Origin: Lama glama
Taxonomy: Eukaryota
DNA length: 64,000 bases
Assembly: GCA_028534125.1 (NCBI GenBank)
Contig: CM052832.1
Coordinates: 23,934,001-23,998,000, forward strand
Reading direction: 5' to 3'
Positions within the stretch are counted from its first letter, which is position 1; the number at the start of each line of letters is the position of its first letter. The notes below the pieces were generated by a model. The model was not told the DNA's origin. It was given only the letters and a program-made list of their open reading frames with translations, and searched no databases. This document shows positions 23,000 to 36,575 of this stretch, piece by piece. Made by a program: the position numbers and the translations under genes.

Positions 23000-24900
23000 T
23001 CTTTGCAATTAAAAAAAGGGGAGGAGGGGTGACATAAGAAGAAGAGCCCCAGACCTCCTGCGGTGTCCCCTCCCTGCCCCAGCCGGAGCGCCGGGAAGAC
23101 ACACGCATTTTTACAAAGCAACAGCGCGCTCAACCACCGGCCTCTACCCTGGGAGTGCAATTCCAAGGGGCTGCGGCCCCTCTTTTCTAGTCCCCCGCAC
23201 CCCCAAATCCAGCAGTCTTTACAGTGCTCTCCCTCCACCCCTGCTCCGCCTTTCCCCCGGCACCGCAGCGCTCTTGGTCCGCTCGGAACCCCGCGAGGCA
23301 GGCGCCGGCGCGCGCAAACTTTCAGTTCAGCTGGGAGCAAAGGGGCAGCACCGCTCTCGCCCGCGGGGTTCTTCGCTCGGTCCTGCTGAGCCCCTCACTC
23401 CAAACTCCGACCCTCGGCCAAGCACCACTCTGTCTCTCCCCGCCCCTGCGGTCCTCGGTTTCCCCGCCGGACTCTTTGTCACCCGCCCCTCCCCCCCGCA
23501 TCCACGCAACTTACAAATCCATAGCCCCGGGACTTGCCCGTCTGCCGGTCGGTGATGACCACCGCCTCCTCGATCTCGCCGAAGACCTCGAAGTACTTGC
23601 GCAGGCTGGCGTCGGTGGTGTGGTAGGGCAGCCCCCCGACGAAGATCTTGGTGTACGTCGTATCCTTCTGGGTCGTGTGCATCTTCGCGCCCGCCCCGCG
23701 GCTCGGGCTCCGGCTGCGGCTGCGGCTGCGGCTCGGGCAGCGGCTGCGCCTCCTCCTCCGGCTTCGCGTCTCCCGCACCCTTTCGGGGCCGCCGCGGGCC
23801 AAGGGCGAGCTCGGGGGCGAGGGCGGCGGCGCGGCGGGGGCGAGCGGCTGGGGGCGGCCGAGGGCGCGGGGCGCGCGGCTGCCGAAGTCGCCGGCAGCCT
23901 CGGAGATTTGACTTCGCTCTCTCCTCCCGCCCCCCCTGCCGGTCACGGTACAAATTCTCCGGATCGTCTGGGTTAGGCTCCGGTTCTGTAGGATGTGCAA
24001 ACGGTTTCCACTGACCCGGCGGGGAGGCCAAAAATGAAAAGAGAGGGTGGTCCACAAGCGAAGAACGGGGTGCGTTTAGAGGTAGATTTTCCTTCCTTAC
24101 GATTTAGGTAGGTGTCTCGGGTCGGCGGTGAGAGCGTCCGGGCGCGGAGGTGGACGGGCGGGGGGCGCGGCGGCCGGGCCCGGCGTGGAGGACTCCGCGC
24201 GGCTTCGGCTCGGGTTCTGTCCCTCCCGCCGCGGAAGCTGGAAGACAAGTGGCGAGGACGGCTCGCCACCTCTCTGCTCCCTTCCCCCGCGGGCCGGGGG
24301 TCGGCGCCCGGCTGGGGAGGGGGCGGGCCGGACGCCTGCGATTGGCCGCGGCCGCACCTGGGGCGCCGGGCGCCGCCGCCCCCCAGCTGTTGGAAACAGC
24401 TGCTTCTCTCCCCGCGCGGCGCGGCGCTGGGCGGCCGGCTCGGGCTCTGGAGCCGGCGCTGGGGTAGGGCTGGGGCTGGCTGCAGGCGGCCTGGCCCTCG
24501 GCGTCGCCTGCCCTAACCCGTCAAAGTCCAAGGGACTCAGTGTGCAGCCCCAGCCGGGACCTGGGGTGCGGGGACTGCGCCCGAGGAGGGAGCTGCGTCG
24601 CTTTCCAAAACGGCGACGCGAGCTCTTTGCGCTCCGCTACAGTGACAAGGCCGGCGACCCGGACTGAAGAGCTGGGGGCCCGGAGGCCTGGGGGCGGTTC
24701 GCTGGGGCCAGTTGCCTCCGGGGCGCGGAGGACCGACGAGTTCGGCCAATGGTACCAGCGTGGGATACTCCCCGGTCTCGAGAGGGAGGCCCCCAACCTT
24801 CCTTGACCCCAAAGAGCCAGTGCTGGGGACAACCAGCGCGGGAGAGCCAGGAGGAAGGGAAAAAAAAAAAAAAAAAAAGGTCTGACCCTCGGGTGTGCTG
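23000..24900. promoter_or_regulatory. CpG island / RBM24 promoter
   Basis: Very high GC and CpG density spanning exon 1. GC box GGGGCGGG near 24320, CCAAT on the minus strand near 24341-24345, E-boxes at 24355, 24384 and 24397. Confidence 0.9.
23515..23682 (-). CDS. RBM24: RNA-binding motif protein 24, coding exon 1 (aa 1-56, N-terminal part of RRM)
   Basis: Translates [56 protein letters not shown], with RNP2 IFVGGL and the start of RNP1 RGYGF. ATG at 23682 in context GCGAAGATGC; 168 nt; followed by a GTAAGT donor at 23514. Confidence 0.98.
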
Positions 24901-27900
24901 GGGAGAACCATTAGCTTTCATTGCTCAACGCCCAGCCAAGCTAAGCAATCGTAGACACCTGTCTGTCAGGCACCGCCTTATATTTCAGAGGGCCATAAAT
25001 TAGTACTTGACCTCACAGTTACCAAATTTGTGTTTCCACCCTAACTTACTCCTCCCGAACTATTTGGAAAAATTGGTAGAGATTTCTCATCATAAATCCT
25101 CTTGTTTTTTCTCCCTAGGCAAAGAATTAATCTATCTCCTGTTTGAATTGTAGGAACGTTAGGGACTCGACCTCAACTGTTTTATCAGGAATAATTGTAA
25201 AAGGTGTAATTTTGGAAATCGACTTGTTACATAACCACTGGTTTTGACCAGCAAACCTTTAAAGCATTTGTAGAAACTGCAGACTCTAGTGCCGCCCATA
25301 TATATTTATTTTTATATATCAGCTTTTTGCAACTTCTTTTTTATCAAGAGTACATTCAATTAGGCTGTAAAATCATGGTCATATTTGAGGTTTGGATGAA
25401 GATATTTAATGTGAACAGGATGCTTCACCCACCACTGTTGGCATACAATTTGCTTTTAAGTCATTTCCACCCGGCCTGTCCGCTGAAGTCCACAGAATAA
25501 TTGCCCCAGGCCACAACATTTATTCCCTTTAAAGCAGTTCAGTATGTTAACCTATTAGAGGGGCACATACTTCTGTTTCTCTTTCCAGGGCACCTTTGCA
25601 GTCAGCCCGAAAGGATGAGATATTTTGCATTTGCAAAAGTTAATGGGAATGCAAATATTCTTGTACAAAATGTTAAATTCAGTTTTTCCTCCTGCTGACT
25701 TCTGCATGAGGTTGGCCTTTTGAGGTCATCAGTTTCTTTAAGTTTGAACTCCCAGTGGCAGATACGGAGAAATAAGAAATCTAAACTTTTTTTGGAAAAT
25801 ACTTTTAAAATCCAATTGAAGAAAACCATTTTGCAGACCTATGAGAGCCAGAAAGTGAAGCTGTAAACAACACCCTCTCCTCATTGCTTAAGTAAAAGTA
25901 CAGGTTTAAGAGGAACTCTGTGTACTGGTCCTATGAAAGATGATTTTTAAAAATTAGAAAAACAAAGCAGGCCCTGAAACAGAGGAGGCGTGTTCTTTAA
26001 TATTCAACATCCATTTTGCAGTGTCACTTAAGAATTACTGTACTTAGATGAGGCTCAGGAAAAACCTCTTTGTGAGGGGAAGCCACTTACAGAGAAGCCT
26101 TAAAGAGCAGAGTGACTTTGGCTGTCTCCCTTCTCTTCCTGCTTGGACAGGGAGCCCATCCAGAGGGGACGTGATAACATCAGGGAAGGAGGGTGCCAGC
26201 AGCTCAGATGCTCACTAGGTAAAATGGTGAGATCTACAAGGGAATTCTGATCCTAGTTTGGGATACCTGTGTCGTAGAGCTTGGCTTCTGGAAATAAGAG
26301 GCTTCCCTACCACAGTCCCAGAGAAAATAATGCAGCCACCCTTCCCCCACCCCCTGTAACCCCTACCTGGTGTGCTTTATTCTTTCAATCCAATAATAAT
26401 TTGATAGCTTTGAGTCTTCCTTCATTTTGTACGAAATGGTACCTGGATATGCCTGATTTTGAATTCCAGGGTAATGAAAGCATTCCTAATAATCTGGTGG
26501 TGTGTGATTCACTGAAAACAGAGTTTAAGAGGAATGGAGATACCTTGTTTTCCAAATCAATTTAAATAGAAGCGGTAATACATACCCAGTTCTGGGTGAC
26601 AAACCATCGAGCGCCCCCCACAGGCAGGTACTGTGCGAGGGTGAGGCATTACTGACACCCGGTTTGTTTCACATCTGCACCAAGGTGGGTGCAGTGACAA
26701 CAGCCAGACCCATTCTTGGTGGATTTATGAACCTGAGCCATCAGACCGTGTAGCCGTGGGGGCATAAAATCTTTCTGAATTCAAAGTTTCAAGGTTATTA
26801 AGTACCAAATATTTCTGCATAATTACCCGCTACAAATTCAGGTTTGGAAAACAGCCTTCGGGTAATCCTTCTGCTTTCTCCGCTGCTTTTGGCAGAGAAG
26901 AACACTTGTATATTCACAGAGCTGGTGCAAGATGATGTGTGCTTCTTGGGAAAGAAAGAGCCATAAAATACTTTAAAAGTTATAAATAGGTTCCAAGCTC
27001 GTCATATCCAAATTCCTACATACGGGCGGCCTGGAATCCTGGGTTCCTACTCCATGGCAAGATCGATATTACTTTATTACTTACAATCAATTATTGTCCA
27101 CTTTGTTCAAAGTCTTTATCCGCCTATTAAAGGCCAAAACCAAATGTACAAGTTTCACATTCATTTATTTAATTTCTTCCCCCCACCGCCACCCTCTTCC
27201 TCTTAAATTAATCACGGAAATCAACTCTAGGCCCAACGCTTATCAAGGATGTTGAGAAAAGATATATCAGGAGGGAGGACAGTATCACCCCGATTCCAGA
27301 GGTGCCTGCTATGCCCCAGAGATAGTGTGGCTCTGGTCAGTAAGTCCCCTCCAGGCAGGGTTGGCCTCTTAGATGTTGTGGGATCTCCTGCAGGTCCATT
27401 AAGTCCTCCTCAGGGTTCTACACATATGAACACTGAAGAAATATTTACTGAAGGAAAAAGAGAATTGCTCACTTAAAGATGTATACTTGTAAGCTTGATG
27501 AGAGAAAATACATTTTTAGAACTAACCCCTTGTAAAGTATTTAGTTTTGTTTGTTTGTTTGTTTTTTTAATTTGGAAAACAAAAGTATGGCTTCCATGAA
27601 GTCTTTTGTGGTTGTTTGGAAACATTTGCCTTCTTGTGAGAGTCTGTGTGAGCATTCTGATATAAAACCAACAGGTTTTCTGCCCTTTGGAGAAGTCCCA
27701 TGATCAGATGTATTTCTGTTTCTCTGGGTGGGTTGGTAATTTTCTCCTAGTAACAGATAACAAATGTGTGTAATAGGTTAAGCTGCTATTTTAGTGTGCA
27801 GAAGAGTTGGCAGTCAGAAAGCTAGTCAGTTCAGCTCAGATCCACCTCTGGCAGAATTCTATTCATGCTGCATTAAACTACATCTAAGCTGGTAAGTAAA

Positions 27901-29334
27901 ACGAAATGGAAATTTGTAACTGTTATTTAATCATGAAAATCATAATGCCTTTTTTACATCAAACATCCAGAAAATAGCAGAATAGGGTCACTTTGGAGGA
28001 TGAGGGGAGTGAAACGGAAAGAGAGGGAGGGACAAGAAAGCTCACTGCCAACCTCGCCCTTCTGACAGTTTCCGTTCTGCCCTGTAGAAGTGGCTTAAGG
28101 GTACTCATACTTTAAATTCTGTTATATAAATCTGAAGGGGAAGGAAGAGAATGCAAATATTTTCAACCCACTATGTGTTTCTTTGCATTTTGAATTCAGG
28201 GTGTACTTTGGTTTCAAGTCTTTAAACAGTGAGCGTTGGAGCTGCCAAGTTATTTTAAGGAGCTGATGGTCTCTCCAAATGTATTGAATGACTTTCTCCT
28301 GATGACAGATTCATTCTAATGATGTTGCTGGGAGGCAGAGGACACAGTGTGGTGGAAATAACCCTGGATCCCAAGACAGGAGACCGAGGGCCCGGTCCAA
28401 GCAGTCTTAACCAGCTCCAAAGCCTTGTTTGGCTTACTCCATTAAAAAGTACGAATGGGGTTAGAAGAACTTATGACTGTCCTCTCTGAACAGGCCCACC
28501 GTAGACTGGAGGATGCTAGTCTGACCCTTTATTGACAGATGGTTAGAAGTCACCATGGATTTCTGAGACAGCCCAATGTTGGCACTCAAGTGTTATTTAG
28601 TTACTTTTTTAATGTAAGCTACTTGAGATTATTTCGTAAGATTGATATTTTCTCTACTAACAAAGGAAAGGCATCTTTATGACAGAAAATTAGGACAAAG
28701 CATAAAGACGTACAAAGAAGAAAATCAAGATTACCCACAGTTCTACTCAGAATAACGTAATATTTTTGAGTATCTAATATTGAGTGTTTCTTGCACATAA
28801 ATATTCACTTGTAAGTGTACAAACGAGTCATCCTCTGCACTGTTTTACTATCAGCTTTTTTCACCTAGTGAATATTTTTTCCTTGTCATTAGTTGCTACA
28901 GTTCATTTTCAATGCCTAAAGAGCATTTTGTCATGTCAGTGCCCCCAGATTGATTTAAGCAATCCCCTTTTGTTGGGCTTTTTTATTGTTTCCAATTGTT
29001 CCCTATTATGAACAACTCTGAAATTAATTAATTAATTAATTAATTCCTTACAGATAAATCTTTTTACATATTCTTGATTACTTCTGAAGGCTGGTTCCAT
29101 AAGGGACTTTGCTTTGTCCATGGCTGAACCCCCTGACTCCTAGAACAAGACTAAAGAAGTGCTTAAATATTTGTTGAATGAATGAATACATTCTTACAAT
29201 TTATTAGGTTGAAGGTTATGCCCGTATTTAGATCTTTTGATACATATTGCCAAATTGCCCTTCAAAAAGTAGTAGAGATTTTACTTCTACCGGGAGCATA
29301 TTAATGTCAGGTTTCCAGAATCCTCATTGACATT

Positions 29335-29840
29335 GCTGTATAAGATAGAATAATTTTGTTTGCAAGTAAAAAAAATCCTAACTCACGTTGACTCAAGTAA
29401 TAAAAAAGGAACTTTTTGTCCCTATAGTTGAAAAGTCCAGAGGCAGGGCAGGCTTCAGGTGTGCTTTGACCCCAAGGATCATGTAGTCACAAGACTGTGA
29501 CAGCATTGACTAAGAAACTCCTGCCTTCGCCCTCCTCTGCTGGTTGGCTTTGCTCCTTAGCCGATGCCTTCAAGGTAGCAAGTTCACTGCCAGCAGCCAC
29601 CAGGGCCATGAGCCTCCTTGGTCACATGAAGGGGAAAACAGGACTTCTTTTTGCCCGATTATCAGACCAAAGTCCAATCTTCCTTTTGGTTGTGTCATCT
29701 TAGGTTGCAAGCTCGCCTTTGAACCAATCTTAGAGACCAAGGAATGTGACTTGCTGATTTTCTTGGGTTAGGGTTCCATTCTGTTTTCCCATCATGGGGC
29801 ACACCCCTAAGGCACAAGGATAGATGACATTGATTTGCTC
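29335..29840. mobile_element. Old MaLR-type LTR remnant
   Basis: ttgcaagtaaaaaaaatcctaactc...gaaaagtccagaggcagggcaggcttcagg resembles MLT1K/J-class LTRs. Confidence 0.55.
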
Positions 29841-30451
29841 AGACCCATGATGGCCCAGAACTAAGGAGCCCTGCCGAACCCCATGGTTGTGAGATTCTGG
29901 GTTCTTTTGGGAAGAAGAAATCATAGAGTAAATGCTTTGGAAACAATAGCAAAACAACATTGAATATTAGCATTTAATTTTGAAAATATATGCGTTTTCT
30001 GAGATAAAAATATTTTCTTGTCACTAAATTTTTTTCTATGTGTCTGTGGACCATTTGTTTTTGAGAACTATCTTTTTTTTTTAAATAGGGTTTTTGTCTT
30101 TTTTCCTTCAATTTTTAAGAACACAAAGAGCTGTTCTGACAGATCCATTCCATGTAATTCAGATCTTCCAGTCCAATCCCTCATTCTGGAGTTAAGAAAG
30201 CTGAGGTCTAGAAGGAAATGACTTCCAAAAGTTCACATATTTAGCAAAGGACTCAACGGGGATTCAGATGAACTCTATTTTACCTTTGAGAAAAATTTGT
30301 TAAATTAAGAAATAACTTAGGTATACTCAATTGCTCAAATCTAAACATACACATTATGTACCACATGTAACCATGACCTAGATCAAGATGCAGAACATTT
30401 TTATCAACTCAAGAGTTTCCCATCCCTTTCCCAATCAGTGACCACCCCCTT

Positions 30452-30458
30452 ACACACA

Positions 30459-30496
<38 letters not shown>
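30452..30496. repeat. (CA)n microsatellite with one interruption
   Basis: Direct read. Confidence 0.95.
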
Positions 30497-30498
<2 letters not shown>

Positions 30499-30824
30499 AA
30501 TAACTACAATTCTTACTTCTGTTACTAAGGTTTAACTTTGCTTATTCTGGACTTTCACAAAAATGAAAATATAGGGTATATATTTAGTCTTTTGTGATTG
30601 ACTTCTTTTGCTCAATTCACAGTCACATTTGGAGATGTTAACGCTTCTTTCTCAGTAATTAAAGGAAGCAAGATTAAGCTTGCAAGAACTTAGAAGTGGA
30701 AAGTTAGCATGATGAGCTACAGCCTCCACAGCTCCAGAGGGTCTCAGGGTACATCAAATCCTTATCTTCACCTTCTACACTGATCTAGATTCCACTCAGT
30801 CCCAGCTATCATGCTGCCGTCTTG

Positions 30825-31212
30825 GTGGTTTGCTTAGAGCTCTCCAGAGAAACAGAACCAGTAGGATACATAAAAAATTATATACATATGGAGAGAGAGA
30901 AAGAGAGGTTGACATTTAAGGAATTGGCTGGTGCAAGTCTGAAATCTGTAGGGCAGGCCAGCAGGCTGGAAACTCAGGCAGGACTTCTGGCTTACCGTGT
31001 TGAAGCAGAATTCCTTCTTCTCCAGGAAACCTCGGGTTTCGCTCTTAAAACTTTTCAACTGATTGGAGGAGGTCCTCTCATATTATTGAGAATAATCTCC
31101 TCTACTTAAAGTCAACTGATTGTAAATGTTTAAGCACATCAACAAAATATCTTCACAGCAACATTGAGACCATTGAGCTTAGTCAAGTTGACACATAAAA
31201 TTAACCATCACA
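30825..31212. mobile_element. MLT2 (ERVL) LTR
   Basis: tctccagagaaacagaaccagtagga at one end and agtcaagttgacacataaaattaaccatcaca at the other are MLT2 hallmarks. Confidence 0.85.
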
Positions 31213-31649
31213 ATGTATGATCAAAGCCTTCACCCCTAGGGGTTGAGCCCCCATCACCATGCCCCTCTCATGATGTGGCTGCTGCACTTGTCCATCTGTT
31301 GTCAAAATAGGGCAGGGGAGAATCAAGAGGAATCCAGATGGATCACGCGAGTACCAAACTTACTGCCTCTGTATTACAAAGCAGCTTTTTTCCCCTCCTG
31401 ATGGCTGTGGTCAATTACCCACGTCAGGAGGGTTACTCCTCTTCTTGTCTGCTCGTCCCTGGACATAAGGAGTCTGAAGTGCCCAGGTGGCAACTGTGGC
31501 TTGTATAGTTCTATGTGACTTGTATTTCCTGGCTTAGGAGTTGTTTTTTTGGAAGCAGGACCTCTGTACTCACAGAGCTGAGAGTTACAGGGGCAGGAAG
31601 CACAGACTTGCCAGAGAGTCTCTGGGGGGTGATGGTAAGCAGGGCTACT

Positions 31650-33022
31650 CTTTTTTTTTTTTTAATATTGTTGTTGTACAATGTTATGTTAGTTTCTGGT
31701 GTACAGCATAGTGATTCAGTTATACATTTATGTATTTTTCATTATAGGTTATTACAAGCTATTGAATATAGTTCCCTGTGCTATACAGTAGGTCCTTGTT
31801 GCTTATCTTCTTTGTATATAGTAGTTTGTATCAGCTAATCCCAAACTCCTCATTTATCCTTCCCCTACTTTTCCCTTCGGTAACCGTAGTTTGTTTTCTA
31901 TGCCTGTGAATCTGTTACTGTTTTGCAAATAACTTCATTTCTGCCATTTTTTTTAGGTTCCACATATAAGTGATATCATATAACATTTGTCTTTCTCTGT
32001 CTTACTTCACTTAGTATGATAATCTCCAGGTTCATCCATGTTGCTGCAAATGGCATTATTCCATTCTTTTTTATGGCATTGTATAGATATATGCACCACA
32101 ACTTCTTTATCCAATCATCTGTCAGTGGACATTTAGGTTGCTTCCATGTCTTGGCATTATAAATAGTGCTGCTATGAATACTGGGGTGCACGTATCTTTT
32201 CAAATTAGAGTTTTTGCTTTTTCCAGATATATGCCCAGGAGTGGGATTGCTGGATCTTATGGTAACCCTATTTTTAGTTTTCTAAGGAACGTCTATACTG
32301 TTTTCCATAACGGCTGCACCAAACTACATTCCCATCAACAGTGTAGGAGGGTTCCGTTTTCTCCACACCCTCTCCAGCATTTATCATTTGTGGACTTTTT
32401 AATGATGGTCTTTCTGGCTGGTGTGGGGTGATACCTCATTGTAGTTTTGATTTGCACTTCTCTGGTAATTATCAATATTGACCATCTGTGTTTCTTCATT
32501 GGAGAAACGTCTGTTTAGGTCTTCTGCTCATTTTTTGATTGGGTTGATTTTTGTTGTTGTTATTGAGTTGTATGTGCTGTTTGTATATTCTGGAATTTAA
32601 ACCCTTGCCAGTCACATCATTTGCAAATATTTTTTTCCCAGTCCGTAGGTTATCTTTTTATTTTGTTTATGGTTTCCTTTGCTGTGCAAAAGCTTGTAAG
32701 TTTAATTAGGTCCTACTTGTTTATCTTTGCATTTATTTCTATTGCTTTGGTAAACTGCCTTAGGAAAACATTGCTAAGATTTATGTCAGAAAATGTTTTG
32801 CCTGTGTTCTCTTCTAAGGTGTTTATGGTGTCCTGTCTTATGTTTGCGTCTTCAAGCCATTTTGAGTTTATTTTTGCGTATGGTGTGAGGGCGTGTTCTA
32901 ACTTCATTGATTTACACGCAGCTGTCCAGCTTTCCCAACATGACTTGCTGAAGAGACTGTCTTTTCTCCATTGTATATTCTTGCCTCCTTTGTGGAAGAT
33001 CAATTGACAACAGATGTGTGGG
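31650..33022 (-). mobile_element. LINE-1 3' portion (degraded ORF2 C-terminus and 3'UTR)
   Basis: Peptides IFHKGGKNIQWRKDSLFSKSCWESW...LTPYAKINSKW and [20 protein letters not shown]...IMPFAATWMNLEIIILSEV; poly-T at about 31650. Confidence 0.95.
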
Positions 33023-35199
33023 AATAAATATCTTCTTCATGCTAAATTTTTGCCTTAAGCAAAAGACAAAGCAATGATCAATTTTAATGATCAGATTTTG
33101 AAATACAGAAGCAATAAAAAAAAGTCAAGGGTCCCTCAAAGTCAGCTTCCACATCTGCATCCTTACCCATCAATTTCTGGGCAACTTGTATAAAATTGTT
33201 TAAACTATCTCAATGTTTAGCCTAGAACATATTTGTATTAATGACAGTGCTCAAAAGCAGTGTAAATGAACTAAAATCAACGTAAAGAGATAAAATTACA
33301 ATACAAATATGTCTTTCAAGAGATCCGTTAGCTTAAAGTGTAAATCTTCACTGCCTCAGAATTCTTTCTCCTTTCTTCATAGATATGTAGATTTGTTTTC
33401 TGCAAATGTGGTTCTTGACCTCTAAGCACAGAAGTTTTATGCTTACTGTTATAAGCACTTGCAACCTTTGCTTCGGTGGACATATGTGAGTTTTTAATAA
33501 GAACATGGGAAGGAGGAGCCAGAAGGGTTGGGCAAAGCCACATACATCCTCCTGTTCTGTCTACGCGGGACAGGGAAGGGACAGGAAAGTGGGGATATAT
33601 CTGTTTCTAGACATGTGTTTTTGTTTTTCCAGAGGAACATAGTGCTTTACAATGGCTTGGCTTTCTCTTTCTAGGTGAAACTTTCTGGGCCTGAAAACAT
33701 CATTTCAGATGTTTTCTCTGACATCTGAATATTGATCTTTCCTCACCCAGCAATATTTCTGCATAATCACTGGTCTAAGTCCTCGTTGTGAGAGGAAACT
33801 CAAGACATTTGGAGCCTAGAAGGGAGAAATGGAAGAGATGGCATAGTGACCAGGTGATGGAGTGCAGGAGTGCCAATTAAGGAAGGCATGAAGTCTGTCT
33901 TTATACTCGTATCAGGCTCTGCCCCAGAGACTAGTGCCAGTGAACTTGCTAAAAAACACAGCGAAGAGTCAAACACTGAGGATTTCTGTCACATTCTGGC
34001 AGTGATTCTGAGGGGATCTTGTGCAAATAAACCTTTCTGTACTATGTTTTAAATCACAAACAATGAAAATAAAGATAAAAATTAAAATGCATGTATATAT
34101 GTGTAATTATGGTTAAGATATCTCTGTTTACAAAGCAAAGCAATTCATCTAATTATACCCACAAGAACACAGTGCAACAGCCCAAACAATTTATAAAAAT
34201 AATTTATTTTGGCTTATCTATTCTGTTTCTATTTATATCACCCTGCATGAAAGTACTCAGCCCCATTTGTATATGGAACTATGTCATTTTCAACTTGTAC
34301 TGAGAATCTATCTCAATATAGGATATCACAATTAAAGCAGTTTTCTTTGAACTTAGAAGGACAATTCAAAAGATAAGTCATTGATGTAAAAGTTACTTAA
34401 GGAACTCATTGCACAGTTGGTTATTTTTCAAATCCCAGGAAGATGTTTATAAAATATTTTCCCTCATAGTTTTAAAAACAGATTTTTTTTCTAATCATAT
34501 TTTTCTTCCAATTTCAACTTACCTTTTCTTTTTCTTGCATACTTATGGGTGAAAAGCTGTCACTATTTTTTTCTTAGAAAAAAAGAGCAACAAGTAACTT
34601 TACATGAAAAAAGCAAACAAACATTTTATTAGGATGCCTTGTACTTTATAATAAATATAGTACTATGTATCACAATAAATTAGCCTAGATCCAAAAAGTG
34701 TGTATATATATATATATACATATATATAGGCATTAAATATTTACCTTTTCTTGAAAATATGCTTCTTTGTGTATGTATACATATATATATACACACACAC
34801 ACACATATATTTTTTCCCCTGTTATATTAGGTGTCATTACCTTAGCCATGTTGGTAAGTTTGGGAAGAATAAAATATTTATGATAGGCAAATATTGCAGG
34901 GTTGGAGATTTTTTTTTTTAATGTTAGAAAACCGAAATCCACCTCTATTTTCCTGGAACTATCCTGGATGCTCTCTATCACAAAGCTCTCTAAATACCAA
35001 AATACATTAGTTAAAGATTTCCAGAATTCTCTTCAAATCCTTGATCCATAGACAAGATGGGTTAAAAAGATGAATTGCTCTATTTTATTTCTTATTGCTG
35101 TAAGGTAGAGAAGAAATTTTCTGAAAAGTGATTGGTGTATATGATGTAAAGCTGGATCCCAAATTCTCTGCCACTTTTTTATTAATATTAATTAGGCTA

Positions 35200-36575
35200 T
35201 CCCTGAGAAAGCCCACAAGTTGGACTTACTAGACAAAGACTTCAAATCAGGAATTATAAATACATATAAAGAACTAAAAGAAGTCATATCTTAAAAAATA
35301 ATGAAGGAAAATGCTAGAATGATGTGTCACCAAATAGAGATTATCAATAAAAAGATAGAAATTATTAAAAAGCATCAATTAGAAATCCTGGGTTTGAAAA
35401 GTACAGCTGAAATGAAAATTTTTCTAAGGGGCTCAGCAGCAGATCTGAGCTGTCAGAAGAAAGAATCAGTGAACTTGGGGACAGAATTGAGATTATCCAG
35501 TCTGGGAAACTGAGAAGGAATAGTGAAATGGGAAAAATGAACATAGACTCAGAGACCCGTGGACATCACAAATTTACAAATAAATTTGTAATGGGAGTCC
35601 CAGAAGGAAGAGAGAAAGAAAAGAACAGAAAGAATATTTAAAAAAGATAATGGTTGAAACTTCCCAAATTTGATGAAAAATAATCTACACATCACAGTAG
35701 CTCAGTAAAGTCCAAGTAGGAAAACTCAATGAGACCCACACCTACACACATTTTATAGTCAAATTGTCAAAAGCCAAAACCAATTGCAGTACAGTACAAA
35801 TACAATACAAAATCAATTGTGTCTCTGTGCACTTGCAATGAACAATCCAAAAATAAAATTAAGAAAACAATTCCATTTTTAGTAGTGTTAAAAATAAAAT
35901 ACTCATGAATACATTTAACAAAACAAAAACAAGAGTTGTAAATTGAAAACTACAAAGCATCATTGAAGGAAATTAGAGGAGACTTACTAAATGGGAAGAC
36001 ATCCTATGTTCATGAATTAGAAGACTTAACATTAAAATTGCAACTTTTGAAACCAATCTTAAAGATTCAATGCATCACTTTCAAAATCCCAGATACTTTT
36101 CTTTGCAGAAATTGGCAAACTGATTCTAAAATTCACATAGAATTACAAAAGACCCAGAACAGCCAAAACAATCTTGAAAAAGAAAACAAATTAGGAGGGC
36201 TCAGAATTCCTGATTTCAAAACTTAGGACAATACTGTAGTAATCAAGACAGGGTGGTGCTAGCATAAAGTGAGATATATAGATCCATAGAATAAAAAAAA
36301 CCAGAGTCCAGAAGTAAGACCATACATTTATAGTCAACTGATTTTCACAAGTGTGCCAAAAAATTTTCTGGGAAACTAAATGGGAAAAGAAATCTTTTCA
36401 ACAAAAGTGCTGAGAAAGTTATATATCCACATGCAAAAACAAAAGTTGGATTTTAATCTCATACATATGCAAAAATTAATTGAAATTTGATCAGAGCCCT
36501 AAGTATAGAGGTAAAAATATGAAACTCTTAGAAGAAAACTTAGAAGTAAATCTTCATAATCTTGCATTAGGCTGT
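35200..36575 (+). mobile_element. Old L1M fragment (ORF1-like part joined to an ORF2 part)
   Basis: A-rich; coiled-coil-like ORF1 remnant at 35301-35513; ORF2 remnant aaaactacaaagcatcattgaaggaaatt...ttcctgatttcaaaactt. Confidence 0.8.

Noticed and set aside
22924..25003. Many overlapping 80-250 aa Pro/Arg/Gly/Ala-rich ORFs on both strands
   Set aside because: Expected stop-codon depletion in a CpG island; no recognisable domains other than RBM24 exon 1.
29022..29045. Palindromic (TTAA)n run
   Set aside because: Simple tetranucleotide microsatellite within old repeat-derived sequence.
31976..33007. L1 ORF2-like peptides as a functional gene
   Set aside because: Fragmented by stops and frameshifts, and 5'-truncated.
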